Below, piece by piece: positions 17,721 through 27,173 of a stretch of DNA of 64,000 bases. The DNA comes from a virus, in IMG/VR virus record IMGVR_UViG_3300024324_000416, positions 1 to 64,000 of that record. One strand, given 5' to 3'. Each line of letters opens with the position of its first letter. Within the stretch, counting starts at the first letter, position 1. The translations under genes were made by a program, and so were the position numbers. A model generated the notes under the pieces. That model was given only the letters and a program-made list of their open reading frames with translations. It did not search any database and was not told where the DNA came from.

Positions 17721-18710
17721 ATGGCTATTAGATATCAAGAATGGGAAGATGGCGACAAACTATACGCATCCGCCCTAAACGAAGCGGTAGCAAATGGTGT
17801 TGTCCAAGTAGATCTTGTTTCTGAGATTGCTACTGTTTTTTCTAATCACCTAGAGGTAAACGTTGTATACTGCTTGGAGGACAATCTCACCTATGGTCGT
17901 GGACAAACAGAGTTTGAGCCACTACAGGTTTCTAAGGAGACAATCGTTCTCAGCGGAGAAGATGAGCAAGGTACCGCCACCACAACAAAAACAAGGTATG
18001 ATTCGGGTGGTAGCACATATGATAACTACACATTCAAGGGAACAGACACATTTTTGGTAAAGGCACCAGGAGCAGTTGTTGACATTCTTGTAACTTCTGG
18101 TGGAGGCCCAGGTGGAACCCAACACGCATCACACGGCGCAGGCGGCGGTGGAGGGGGAGGAACTAGGTACATTACAAATGTTACTCTAACACCAGGAACC
18201 TATTCCGTTTCTATTGGGAGTGGAACAGCGTCAGCATTTTATAGGACACAGGGCCATGGTCAGGGTGGAAGGTCTGTGTTTAAGAATGAAACAACAAATA
18301 TAGTTTTGTATAATCCCACAGGTGGAGGCCCAGGTGGGCACACATACAGCACCCAGGGGCAGGGAGAGAAGTGGAGTGGTCTTAACGGAGGATCTGGTGG
18401 CGGTGCTTCCGATGGAGGAGGAGTCGGGGCAGGTGTAGCAGGAGAGGGCCAAAACGGTGGTGGACTGACTGGTGGAGGCGCAGGCCCAACCTACGGTCAA
18501 GGTGGACAGGGAACAGGTCTTACTCTTACTAACTGGAAGGAATCTGGCAACTACTATGTTGCTCACACCAACAACAGAAACCATGCAAATGGCGCAGCAT
18601 ATTCGGGAGCAGGTGGATCATCTGGTGTTGGGGGAAACAATCACGGTGCGCATAACGGTGGAAAGTCTGGGGGATCTGGTATTATTATGATGAGGAAGAA
18701 GATAAAATGA
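17721..18710 (+). CDS. Glycine-rich fibre/adhesin protein
   Basis: WEDGDKLYASALN N-terminus; Gly-rich domain with GTYSVSIG, GGSGIIMMR. Confidence 0.6.
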   Translation: MAIRYQEWEDGDKLYASALNEAVANGVVQVDLVSEIATVFSNHLEVNVVYCLEDNLTYGRGQTEFEPLQVSKETIVLSGEDEQGTATTTKTRYDSGGSTYDNYTFKGTDTFLVKAPGAVVDILVTSGGGPGGTQHASHGAGGGGGGGTRYITNVTLTPGTYSVSIGSGTASAFYRTQGHGQGGRSVFKNETTNIVLYNPTGGGPGGHTYSTQGQGEKWSGLNGGSGGGASDGGGVGAGVAGEGQNGGGLTGGGAGPTYGQGGQGTGLTLTNWKESGNYYVAHTNNRNHANGAAYSGAGGSSGVGGNNHGAHNGGKSGGSGIIMMRKKIK

Positions 18711-19192
18711 TCTGCGGAATAGCACAGTTAGATGACTCAAACATTGTAGTTAATGTAATTACAAGTGATTCAGACAACTGGGGACATTTCGATACCTACG
18801 ATGAAACAAATCAGGCTATGCGTGATTGGTATGCAAATCTTCTACCTGATATGGATGTAAGCAAACTTTATCTTTTGTTTACTGGTGAACTTTGTGCTAT
18901 TAATGATATGTATGATGACAATCCTCTCTCCCCCGCAAGATTTAAGGAAAGCAATCCTTACGCAGATCCAATGCCTGAGGATGTTGGAATGTATGATGAA
19001 GATTATGGTCGCTGGTGGCCCTATGTTCCTGATGAAAATGGTGGATTTGTTTGGGGTAAGGAATATTTCACAAAAGATTTTCCAAGGGTTAGGAACACAT
19101 CAAGCACAACTACTGTATATTCCACAGATTCTTTTGATGGGGAGTTAGGTCCAGCAGACAGAAACTATGATGGTCCTATTGCGTGGTTATAA
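18707..19192 (+). CDS. Hypothetical protein (possible fibre chaperone)
   Basis: ATGA overlap; AQLDDSNIVVNVI N-terminus; follows a Gly-rich gene. Confidence 0.5.
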   Translation: MICGIAQLDDSNIVVNVITSDSDNWGHFDTYDETNQAMRDWYANLLPDMDVSKLYLLFTGELCAINDMYDDNPLSPARFKESNPYADPMPEDVGMYDEDYGRWWPYVPDENGGFVWGKEYFTKDFPRVRNTSSTTTVYSTDSFDGELGPADRNYDGPIAWL

Positions 19193-19422
19193 TGGCTGAG
19201 AGATTTTGGATTGCAGAGGTACAGGATAAACTAAAGCCAAGCGAGATAAACATTCTTGCCAACAATACTTTTATGCAGGTAGATTCTGTAAATGATCTTA
19301 CATCTCCGCTAATTGAAAATGTAAATGTTGTTTATTCCAAAGAAGACTACACAGCATTCCGTAGGCTTGCGCCAGGTATCGGCAAAGACAAGTGGGAAAC
19401 CACAGGTGCTATTTCAGCATAA
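19192..19422 (+). CDS. Small paralog of the 17721 N-terminal domain
   Basis: DKLKPSEIN...QVDSV...VNVVYSKED matches DKLYASALN...QVDLV...VNVVYCLED. Confidence 0.65.
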   Translation: MAERFWIAEVQDKLKPSEINILANNTFMQVDSVNDLTSPLIENVNVVYSKEDYTAFRRLAPGIGKDKWETTGAISA

Positions 19423-19461
19423 CTAAGTTTATTAAATTGTTATAGGGTAATCGCTCAACCA

Positions 19462-19490
19462 TTGACTTACCCTCAAACGTATGATATAAT
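19462..19490 (+). promoter_or_regulatory. TTGACT-17-TATAAT promoter, leaderless start
   Basis: -35 at 19462-19467, TGATATAAT ending 19490, 7 nt to ATG 19498. Confidence 0.85.
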
Positions 19491-19497
19491 ATTCCAC

Positions 19498-20088
19498 ATG
19501 GCAGAAGGACACACCCCCACAGACTCAATGGCAGGAAACGCTCGTCGTGGTCTTGCACTCCGTAAGGAATATGGTCGTGGAGGAACTGCCGTAGGCGTGG
19601 CTCGTGCCCGTGATATTTCTAACAAAGCATCTCTATCAAACTCAACTGTAATGCGTATGCATTCATTCTTCTCCCGTCATCGGGTAGATAAGAAGGGGAA
19701 GGGCTGGACAGCAGGATCAGAAGGATACCCATCCAACGGTCTTATTGCTTGGCTCCTTTGGGGTGGCGATAGTGGTGCAGCATGGGCACAGTCAAAGCGT
19801 AATGCTATCAAGGGATCACAGAAGGCATTGTGGTCAGGTAGCGCATTCTCATTCCAAAAGGCAGAGTCAGTCAAAGTAGGACAGATGGTGTCTTGGAACT
19901 CATCAGGTGGTCGGGCATCGGGTAAGGTTCTTCGTGTTATCAACAACGGGTCTTACAGCGTTCCTAACTCTTCTTTGACTATTACAGGAACACCTGATTC
20001 CCCTGCCGCTGCTATTCGTGTCTATCGTGATGGCGAACCAACCGACACAATCGTCGGGCACAAAGTAAAATCTTTAACACCAAAGTAA
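19498..20088 (+). CDS. Two-domain basic protein with C-terminal Tudor/SH3-like (DUF2945-like) domain; possible internal head protein
   Basis: ARRGL...GGTAVGVARA...RMHSFFSRH...WLLWGG; VKVGQMVSWNSSGG...GKV. Confidence 0.55.
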   Translation: MAEGHTPTDSMAGNARRGLALRKEYGRGGTAVGVARARDISNKASLSNSTVMRMHSFFSRHRVDKKGKGWTAGSEGYPSNGLIAWLLWGGDSGAAWAQSKRNAIKGSQKALWSGSAFSFQKAESVKVGQMVSWNSSGGRASGKVLRVINNGSYSVPNSSLTITGTPDSPAAAIRVYRDGEPTDTIVGHKVKSLTPK

Positions 20089-20127
20089 GTAAAACCAACA
20101 ATACAATTTATAAGGAGTAATACATTT

Positions 20128-22182
20128 ATGTTTAGTTTCCGCTTAACCGACGACTTTATTAATCAGTATAAGGATCGTGAGGTTCCATTTGGCTTTCGTG
20201 ACGCAGGCACAAACGCACTAGGAGAGATCACCTTTATCCGCACTTACTCTCGTAAGAAAGAGGACGGTACAAAAGAGAAGTGGTGGGAAGTATGCCAACG
20301 TGTTATCAATGGCATGTACACCATTCAGAAGGATCATTGCAAGGCTAACCGACTACCTTGGAATGACCGCAAGGCACATGCTTCCGCACAGGAAGCCTTT
20401 GATCGTATGTTCAACTTGAAGTGGACACCTCCTGGTCGTGGTCTATGGATGATGGGGGCAGATATGGTTATGGAGAATCGCAATAGTGCTGCTCTCCAAA
20501 ACTGTGCTTTCGTAAGCACACGAGATATCGACAAGTACGATCCAGGTGCTTTGTTTGCTTGGACAATGGATGCCTTGATGCTTGGCGTTGGTGTTGGTTT
20601 TGATACTTTGGGGGCAGAGAAGGAAATGGATATCTACCCCACAACAGAAGAGGTAAATATCTACACAATTCCTGATAGCCGTGAAGGATGGGTAGAGAGT
20701 GTTCGCTTGCTTATCAATTCTTTCCTTACACCAAAAAAGCCACGACAAGAGTTTAACTACGAATTGATTCGTCCCTACGGATCTCCCATCAAGGGCTTTG
20801 GAGGAACAGCATCAGGCCCACAGCCACTTATCACCATGCACGAGACAATCCGCAGGGTAGTGGGTAGCAGAGTAGGCGAAAAACTAGACAGCAGGGCCGT
20901 GGTAGATATTGTTAACCTTATTGGTACTTGCGTAGTGGCTGGAAATGTTAGACGCTCTGCGACCCTAGCATTAGGTAAAACTAACGATTCTTTATTTGCT
21001 AATCTTAAAAATGCAGAAGAGTTCCCAGAACGTAACTCATTCGACCCAGAGAATCCAGGTTGGGCTTGGATGAGCAACAACTCTATTGCAGCGGAGGTGG
21101 GTACAAAATATGAGGACTATGTTGACCTTATTACGGACAATGGTGAGCCAGGTTTCATTTGGCTTGACGTATCTCGCAACTACGGACGTACAGGAGATGC
21201 ACCAGATGGCAAAGATGCACGGGTTATGGGATTCAACCCATGTGCGGAACAACCACTAGAGTCATACGAACTGTGTACACTAGTTGAGGTTCACATGAAC
21301 CAGCACGAGAGCAAGGAAGACTTCCTACGCACTCTCAAGTTTGCTTACCTTTACGGCAAGACTGTAACCTTGCTACCTACTCATTGGCAGCAGACAAACG
21401 CTATCATGCAGCGTAACCGTCGTATCGGTACATCACTCACAGGTCTTGCTTCCTTTGCCGATAGCAAGGGTCTTCCCACACTACGGGAATGGCAAGATGA
21501 GGGATACAATCGTGTGCGTGAATGTGATACACAATACTCTGAGTGGCTTTGTATCCGTGAGTCTGTGCGTGCTACAACCGTAAAGCCCTCTGGCTCTGTG
21601 TCTATCCTATCAGGTGAAACACCAGGAGTCCATTGGGGGCCAGGAGGCAAGCACTTCCTACGGGCCATTCGTTTTAGCGACCAAGACCCAATGCTTCCAC
21701 TATTCAAGGCAGCAGGGTACAAGGTAGAAAAAGATATAGTATCAGCAAATACAAAGGTGGTTTACTTCCCAGTAAAGTCAGACCACGAGCGTAGCGAGAA
21801 GGATGTTTCTCTGTTTGAGAAGATTGGTCTTGCTGCGACTACACAGAAGTATTGGAGTGATAATGGAGTATCTGTCACGTTATCGTTTGATGCAGAAACA
21901 GAAAAGAAACATATCGCACCCTCGCTCCACATGTATGAGGGACAACTTAAGGCAGTTTCGTTCTTGCCTATGTCGAATAGTACCTACCCCCAACAACCGT
22001 ATACACAAATAACAGAAGAGGAATACAATAAGTATGTTGGTAAGATTATGAAGATTGACTTTACTCCCATTTATGAGGGAGAGGAGTCATTCGACGCAGA
22101 GGGAGATCGCTACTGCACTACCGATGTTTGCGAGATGCCACAGATTATCACATCTGATATTGCCGATACAGTTGTGGTATAA
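20128..22182 (+). CDS. nrdJ: Class II (adenosylcobalamin-dependent) ribonucleotide reductase
   Basis: PPGRGLW, NCAFVS, NPCAEQ, ELCTL, TVKPSGS, C-terminal YCTTDVC; no beta subunit nearby. Confidence 0.92.
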   Translation: MFSFRLTDDFINQYKDREVPFGFRDAGTNALGEITFIRTYSRKKEDGTKEKWWEVCQRVINGMYTIQKDHCKANRLPWNDRKAHASAQEAFDRMFNLKWTPPGRGLWMMGADMVMENRNSAALQNCAFVSTRDIDKYDPGALFAWTMDALMLGVGVGFDTLGAEKEMDIYPTTEEVNIYTIPDSREGWVESVRLLINSFLTPKKPRQEFNYELIRPYGSPIKGFGGTASGPQPLITMHETIRRVVGSRVGEKLDSRAVVDIVNLIGTCVVAGNVRRSATLALGKTNDSLFANLKNAEEFPERNSFDPENPGWAWMSNNSIAAEVGTKYEDYVDLITDNGEPGFIWLDVSRNYGRTGDAPDGKDARVMGFNPCAEQPLESYELCTLVEVHMNQHESKEDFLRTLKFAYLYGKTVTLLPTHWQQTNAIMQRNRRIGTSLTGLASFADSKGLPTLREWQDEGYNRVRECDTQYSEWLCIRESVRATTVKPSGSVSILSGETPGVHWGPGGKHFLRAIRFSDQDPMLPLFKAAGYKVEKDIVSANTKVVYFPVKSDHERSEKDVSLFEKIGLAATTQKYWSDNGVSVTLSFDAETEKKHIAPSLHMYEGQLKAVSFLPMSNSTYPQQPYTQITEEEYNKYVGKIMKIDFTPIYEGEESFDAEGDRYCTTDVCEMPQIITSDIADTVVV

Positions 22183-22183
22183 T
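22173..22183 (+). promoter_or_regulatory. Extended -10 promoter containing nrdJ stop codon
   Basis: TGTGGTATAAT read as GTG GTA TAA. Confidence 0.65.
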
Positions 22184-22230
22184 AAATTTAGGAGACAGAA
22201 CCTTCAACTGTGGTTAGGATAGGTCTGCTG

Positions 22231-22258
22231 CAGATTGCCCCCCAAGAGGGGGCATCTG
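22231..22258 (+). terminator. GC-rich stem-loop
   Basis: CAGAT-T-GCCCCC-CAAGA-GGGGGC-ATCTG; no U tract. Confidence 0.55.
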
Positions 22259-22267
22259 TGGTATAAT
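22257..22267 (+). promoter_or_regulatory. Extended -10 promoter, (near-)leaderless start
   Basis: TGTGGTATAAT + 8 nt + ATG 22276, no RBS. Confidence 0.8.
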
Positions 22268-22275
22268 GAACTATT

Positions 22276-25155
22276 ATGGCTAGAGACATTAATCTATATG
22301 CAGCAAGACTTTTTGGAGAGCACCCAATTGCTACATGGACTTTAGATGATATCACCTCTAACGCCTCTTTGCAGTATTTCTCTGACGACTTCCCAGCAAT
22401 TGTTGCCGACGGCTATACAACAGGTTTGCCTCTTGTTTATGGTTCTAGTCAATCAGTTGGGGTAACATCAGACAGCACGGGTATCATTATTGAAACAGAA
22501 GATCGGTTATGGTCACAAGTAAAGACATACTCAAATACAGGATTTGTAGTAGATTGGAAGTTCTGGTACAACGAGAACATTACATTTCAGGAATTGCTAG
22601 AGGAAGAGCGTTTCGTAATTGAGTTTGGTGAGGCAGGAATTGAGCATAACGGTTACGGCATGTTCACCAACGGTGGCAAATACAACAAATACACATATGA
22701 GTTTTGGACCCGCATTAATCCAAGGGTAGATGTTCCTCGTAAGATCTGGGGCACACTAACTACATTGGACGGCATCTGGGTCAAAGACAATTACATAACT
22801 TTAGCAGTAGGAAACAAGTACAAGTCTTTTGCTATCGAAAATTGGTTTAGGCCAATGCTCTTGAATGTAACATACACATCAAACCAGGCAAGGCTTCTTA
22901 TAAACGGACAAGAGGTTATCTCTCTTGATCTTAATCCAGAAGAGTTTAACTTTGATCCTATTAACGATGAGGTGACTGGTGAAGGTCTGCTTGGATTCAT
23001 GGGATACCCAGAGATTGATTTGTTTGAGGTTGATTGCTTCTCTATCTTCCCCTACATTGTTCCTGATGAAGTATGTAAACGTAGGTTTGTATGGGGTCAA
23101 GGTCTATCCGACGCAGCATCATTCTCCACATTCTTCGAAAACTCTACCACATACATTGACTGGTCGTTTGCAAATTACGCAACTTCCGCTATCTACCCAG
23201 ATGTTTTCAATTGGGACACAGGATACATTAGCGGATTGGTTACAAGCCGTGGATATGTAAAGACACCAAACTACAAACTTCCAGAAATTTTTATCCAGGG
23301 TAGAAAGTTAGAAAACTTATACAAAGAAAACCTATTCAACAACTCAACAGAAACAGTAAGCCCTGGATTCTCCTTCAAGCCTGAATTTGACTGGACGCAA
23401 AACTCATACTTCTACTTTGATAGCATTGAGAAACTAGAGTCTCCCCCGCAGATTATCTATGGAGTCTTTTCTAAGCATTGGTACGAAACTAGCACCGACC
23501 CTCAACCACTTTTCAGATTTGTGAAACGGTATACCGATGATGTTATCGACATTGTGATACAGGGAAACAACGTTCACTATATATATAACGGTGATGTAAA
23601 GTATTCTTTCCCTGTGCAGGATGATGTTCCCTTTACTGTGGGTCTTGATTTGAATGCGATTGTAAAAGAGAGTGTTGAGTTTAAGAACTTCCTTACAAGC
23701 CTTGCTGATGTTGAGGTGTTTGTTGGTGGTGATGGAGAAAGCACATTCTCTGGTTTAATTTATCGTGTTGGTCTTAGTGATACAGCAATGGTTGCTCGTG
23801 AAGAACTGGTGCAATATTTCCCAAGCGGCATTGCTAATCCTTATCACAACATGGCTACGTCAAAGGGTACCTATGTCATTAGACCCTTCATAAGATATGG
23901 AAACTTCTATCTTGACATTGAGGCAGGAGGATTCTGGGAGGATGCAATTCCTCTATCTTACTTTGGTAGGAACTTCCAAAAAGATGATGGAACCTACGAA
24001 TCAAAACTTGACTTGTTGCAACTAAACATCGGGTACGACGGATTGTACAAGATTAGAGATAATGGCTATGATGTGGGTGGTAGTGAAATGAAGTGCTACA
24101 TAACTTTCCAACCATTAGAGGCAAAGAATAATAAGTTGCTAAGAGAGTTTACATCAACACAAAGCCTACCTAAAAACAGAATAATTGATGTAAGTGGAAT
24201 GACAGCCCCAGATCTTGCTATTACAAAATTTGAATGGATAAATGGTACAGTAGTTGTGCCTCCACAAAATTACGATTCTTGGAAAATAGTTGTACATTTT
24301 GATGTTTATGCAGAAGCCGTAATATCTTCTCCATTCTCTGTAAAACAACTTTCTATGTCCTCGCAGGCGTACAAGGATGAGGCAGAGGTTGGAACTAGGT
24401 TCGGGAACAAACTATCATCAACAGACAACTTTGCTATATACAAAGAGAATACACCATATCTATATCTAACAAAAGACAGCGGCATAGAGCCACTAGACGG
24501 CCCCGTTAATACGCCAATCAACCCTAACGGTAATTTCCCATATTTGGTTGGTAACCTTAATATGTTTATTAAGCCCAATATCCTTATGGATACCGAAAAC
24601 ACCCTGTTCTCTATTGTATCTCGTAACGGAGTAATGGATATAAAGCACAACGGTACTGGTTGGGTGTTGCGTAGAAATGATCTTCCCATTGAGTATGTTG
24701 CCCTATATCAGAATGGTGAAGAGGTTACAGAGTTTACATTCGATGTAGATAAGTGGACAATGGTGGGCGTGGAGTTTGGTGAACCACTTGACTTCTCTGT
24801 CTCTACCTTATATAAGATTATTTTAAATGAGGGGGCAGTCTATCAAAACATCTCTGTGTCAGCACTATCAGAAACACAGGTAGAGAGCACCGCTATCGTT
24901 AGGCTTTGGGAAGGTGTAAGGATTCAGACTTGGGGAGACTGGGTTAATGACCCATCTGTTGAAACCTTTGCAGATCTCGTTTCTTCACGAGCATACCTAC
25001 AGTACCCCGTTGATCCAACACAGATTTATAAGATATTTACAGGTGGAAATACCACCAGCGTAGGCTCAGAAGATCCACCACTCAAGGTAGGGGAAATGAA
25101 CACAACCATGGCTACTGGCGTTGAGTGGAAAACATTTGATAGAAGACCTTCATAA
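22276..25155 (+). CDS. Large minor virion protein with LamG-like domains
   Basis: EHPIATWTLDD N-terminus, YTYEFW, LLINGQEV; 959 aa. Confidence 0.55.
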   Translation: MARDINLYAARLFGEHPIATWTLDDITSNASLQYFSDDFPAIVADGYTTGLPLVYGSSQSVGVTSDSTGIIIETEDRLWSQVKTYSNTGFVVDWKFWYNENITFQELLEEERFVIEFGEAGIEHNGYGMFTNGGKYNKYTYEFWTRINPRVDVPRKIWGTLTTLDGIWVKDNYITLAVGNKYKSFAIENWFRPMLLNVTYTSNQARLLINGQEVISLDLNPEEFNFDPINDEVTGEGLLGFMGYPEIDLFEVDCFSIFPYIVPDEVCKRRFVWGQGLSDAASFSTFFENSTTYIDWSFANYATSAIYPDVFNWDTGYISGLVTSRGYVKTPNYKLPEIFIQGRKLENLYKENLFNNSTETVSPGFSFKPEFDWTQNSYFYFDSIEKLESPPQIIYGVFSKHWYETSTDPQPLFRFVKRYTDDVIDIVIQGNNVHYIYNGDVKYSFPVQDDVPFTVGLDLNAIVKESVEFKNFLTSLADVEVFVGGDGESTFSGLIYRVGLSDTAMVAREELVQYFPSGIANPYHNMATSKGTYVIRPFIRYGNFYLDIEAGGFWEDAIPLSYFGRNFQKDDGTYESKLDLLQLNIGYDGLYKIRDNGYDVGGSEMKCYITFQPLEAKNNKLLREFTSTQSLPKNRIIDVSGMTAPDLAITKFEWINGTVVVPPQNYDSWKIVVHFDVYAEAVISSPFSVKQLSMSSQAYKDEAEVGTRFGNKLSSTDNFAIYKENTPYLYLTKDSGIEPLDGPVNTPINPNGNFPYLVGNLNMFIKPNILMDTENTLFSIVSRNGVMDIKHNGTGWVLRRNDLPIEYVALYQNGEEVTEFTFDVDKWTMVGVEFGEPLDFSVSTLYKIILNEGAVYQNISVSALSETQVESTAIVRLWEGVRIQTWGDWVNDPSVETFADLVSSRAYLQYPVDPTQIYKIFTGGNTTSVGSEDPPLKVGEMNTTMATGVEWKTFDRRPS

Positions 25156-25187
25156 TCTGGTCTTGTTCCGTCACGCAAACTATAACT

Positions 25188-25198
25188 TGTGGTATAAT
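25188..25198 (+). promoter_or_regulatory. Extended -10 promoter, leaderless start
   Basis: TGTGGTATAAT + 6 nt + ATG 25205. Confidence 0.8.
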
Positions 25199-25204
25199 AT
25201 GGTT

Positions 25205-25564
25205 ATGTCAAATAAAAGGAAAGCACTAAAGAAACCACGAGTAACTGTAGTAGACGAGAATCCAGGTTGGGGTATTTACGCTTGGAAGAAGGCAGATGGA
25301 AGTTTGTTTATGGATGAAGATCATAACCTACTTAACATTCCATCCCGACAATACGATATGGACAAGATGGCTCAGATTACCAATGCCGCTGCCCATTACG
25401 GTGAGCCAGAGGGCAGGCCATACTTTATTCCTGGTATCCAACGAGCCACAGATGAAGAGTACACAGAACAGCGTGAAAGAATGAAGTCAGGGCTACTACC
25501 AACCATGAATGACTTCAACGCAGTTACAGACGCAAAGAAGGCGGCAGGAATACAAGATGGCTAA
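25205..25564 (+). CDS. Hypothetical protein upstream of portal
   Basis: Leaderless ATG; overlaps portal start. Confidence 0.65.
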   Translation: MSNKRKALKKPRVTVVDENPGWGIYAWKKADGSLFMDEDHNLLNIPSRQYDMDKMAQITNAAAHYGEPEGRPYFIPGIQRATDEEYTEQRERMKSGLLPTMNDFNAVTDAKKAAGIQDG

Positions 25565-27113
25565 TATCGTAGCAAAGACATTTGACTTTGAAGAAGAGGG
25601 ACCACAGTTTTACGATCCATTCCAAAAGTCTTGGGATGAGATTAAAGATATGCGTGGCCTAGATACAAACTTCAAGCGTCGTACTTCACGAGTAGTAAAA
25701 GGATACCTGGAAGACTCCAAATCACGAGCAACAGGTAGAGATGACGCTGGTCGAAAGTCACTAAACTCACGGCAGGGAAAGGGTTATGCAACTTTTGATG
25801 TTATTCAACCACCCTATGATCTTGTAGAACTAGCAAACTTCTATGACTCTAACTTTGCTAACCATGCTGCTATTGACGCTAAGGTAGAGAACATCGTTGG
25901 TCTTGGTTATGACTGGAAGATGACTTCTGCTACTATGCAAAAGGTAGAAGATGAGACAGGAGAAAAACTAGACTTTATCCACAGGAAGATTGATCGTTTG
26001 AAGGCAACCATGGAAGATTGGTTAGAAAGCCTAAATAATGATTCTACATTCACAGGAACAATGGAGCGTGTCCTCACCGATATGCTTGCTACAGGTAATG
26101 GATACTTGGAGATCGGTCGAACCACAACAGGCGAGATTGGATACCTTGGACACGTTCCAGCACCCACAATGCGTGCTCGTCGTTTGCACGATGGATATAT
26201 CCAGATCGTAGCAGAGAAGGTTGTTTACTTCCGAAAGTTCGGGGCAACGAATCCAAACCCTGTTACCGATGATCCACGACCCAATGAGATTATTCACTTC
26301 AAGGAATACTCACCCCTCAATACTTACTACGGCATCCCTGATGTTATTTCTGCTTTGCAGGCAATTAAGGGAGAGCAGTTTGCCGCACAATACAACATTG
26401 ACTATTTTGAAAACAAGGCTGTGCCTCGTTACATCGTAACAGTCAAGGGTGCTCAACTATCCCCAGAGAGTGAAGAGCGTCTGTTCCGCTTCCTACAAAC
26501 AGGGCTAAAGGGACAGAATCACCGTACCTTGTATGTGCCTCTACCCTCTGATGCCGATGGCAACAAGGTTGATTTTGAAATGCATCCCGTAGAAAACACA
26601 GTACAGGATGGATCATTCAAGGACTATCGTAAGCAAAACCGTGACGATATCCTAATGGCTCATCAGGTTCCTTTGTCTAAACTAGGTGGTGTGGATGCAT
26701 CTGCTATTGCTGCTGCTCTTTCTCAAGACCGCACATTCAAGGAGCAAGTCACCCGCCCAGCCCAACGGCATCTGCAAAAAGCAATCTCTCAAATAACTAA
26801 GGAAAAGACAGATGTTGTTGAGTTGATGTTCAAAGAGGCAACATTGACTGATGAAATTGCTATGTCTCAGATCCACGAGCGTTACCTACGAAACCAAGCA
26901 ATGACTCCCAATGAGGTTCGTGAGATTCTTGGCTTGCCAGCACGCAAGGGTAGCGATAAAATGGTTGAAATGTCATCACAACAACAAGCAAGTCAGCGTC
27001 AAAATGCAGAAGGAAATTCTGCCCGTCAGCGTGAAAGGACAAACTCCCAAAGCGACGGAGTAGCCACAGTAGATGGCAGAAATCCCAAGGGTGAGGGTAC
27101 TAAAACTGAGTGA
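25557..27113 (+). CDS. Portal protein
   Basis: TGNGYLEI, NEIIHFK...YYGIP, YFENKAVP, MTPNEVREILGL; position before protease. Confidence 0.9.
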   Translation: MANIVAKTFDFEEEGPQFYDPFQKSWDEIKDMRGLDTNFKRRTSRVVKGYLEDSKSRATGRDDAGRKSLNSRQGKGYATFDVIQPPYDLVELANFYDSNFANHAAIDAKVENIVGLGYDWKMTSATMQKVEDETGEKLDFIHRKIDRLKATMEDWLESLNNDSTFTGTMERVLTDMLATGNGYLEIGRTTTGEIGYLGHVPAPTMRARRLHDGYIQIVAEKVVYFRKFGATNPNPVTDDPRPNEIIHFKEYSPLNTYYGIPDVISALQAIKGEQFAAQYNIDYFENKAVPRYIVTVKGAQLSPESEERLFRFLQTGLKGQNHRTLYVPLPSDADGNKVDFEMHPVENTVQDGSFKDYRKQNRDDILMAHQVPLSKLGGVDASAIAAALSQDRTFKEQVTRPAQRHLQKAISQITKEKTDVVELMFKEATLTDEIAMSQIHERYLRNQAMTPNEVREILGLPARKGSDKMVEMSSQQQASQRQNAEGNSARQRERTNSQSDGVATVDGRNPKGEGTKTE

Positions 27114-27152
27114 TGTTAAAATTTTAACAAAAAAATTAAAACGTTACAAAAA

Positions 27153-27163
27153 TGTGATATAAT
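27153..27163 (+). promoter_or_regulatory. Extended -10 promoter variant
   Basis: TGTGATATAAT, 10 nt before ATG 27174. Confidence 0.7.
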
Positions 27164-27173
27164 AGGGTACACT

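Noticed and set aside
7974-19422. Diversity-generating retroelement or invertible shufflon for fibre tips
   Set aside because: No reverse transcriptase or invertase, all genes co-oriented, and shared peptides differ at synonymous sites rather than at adenines
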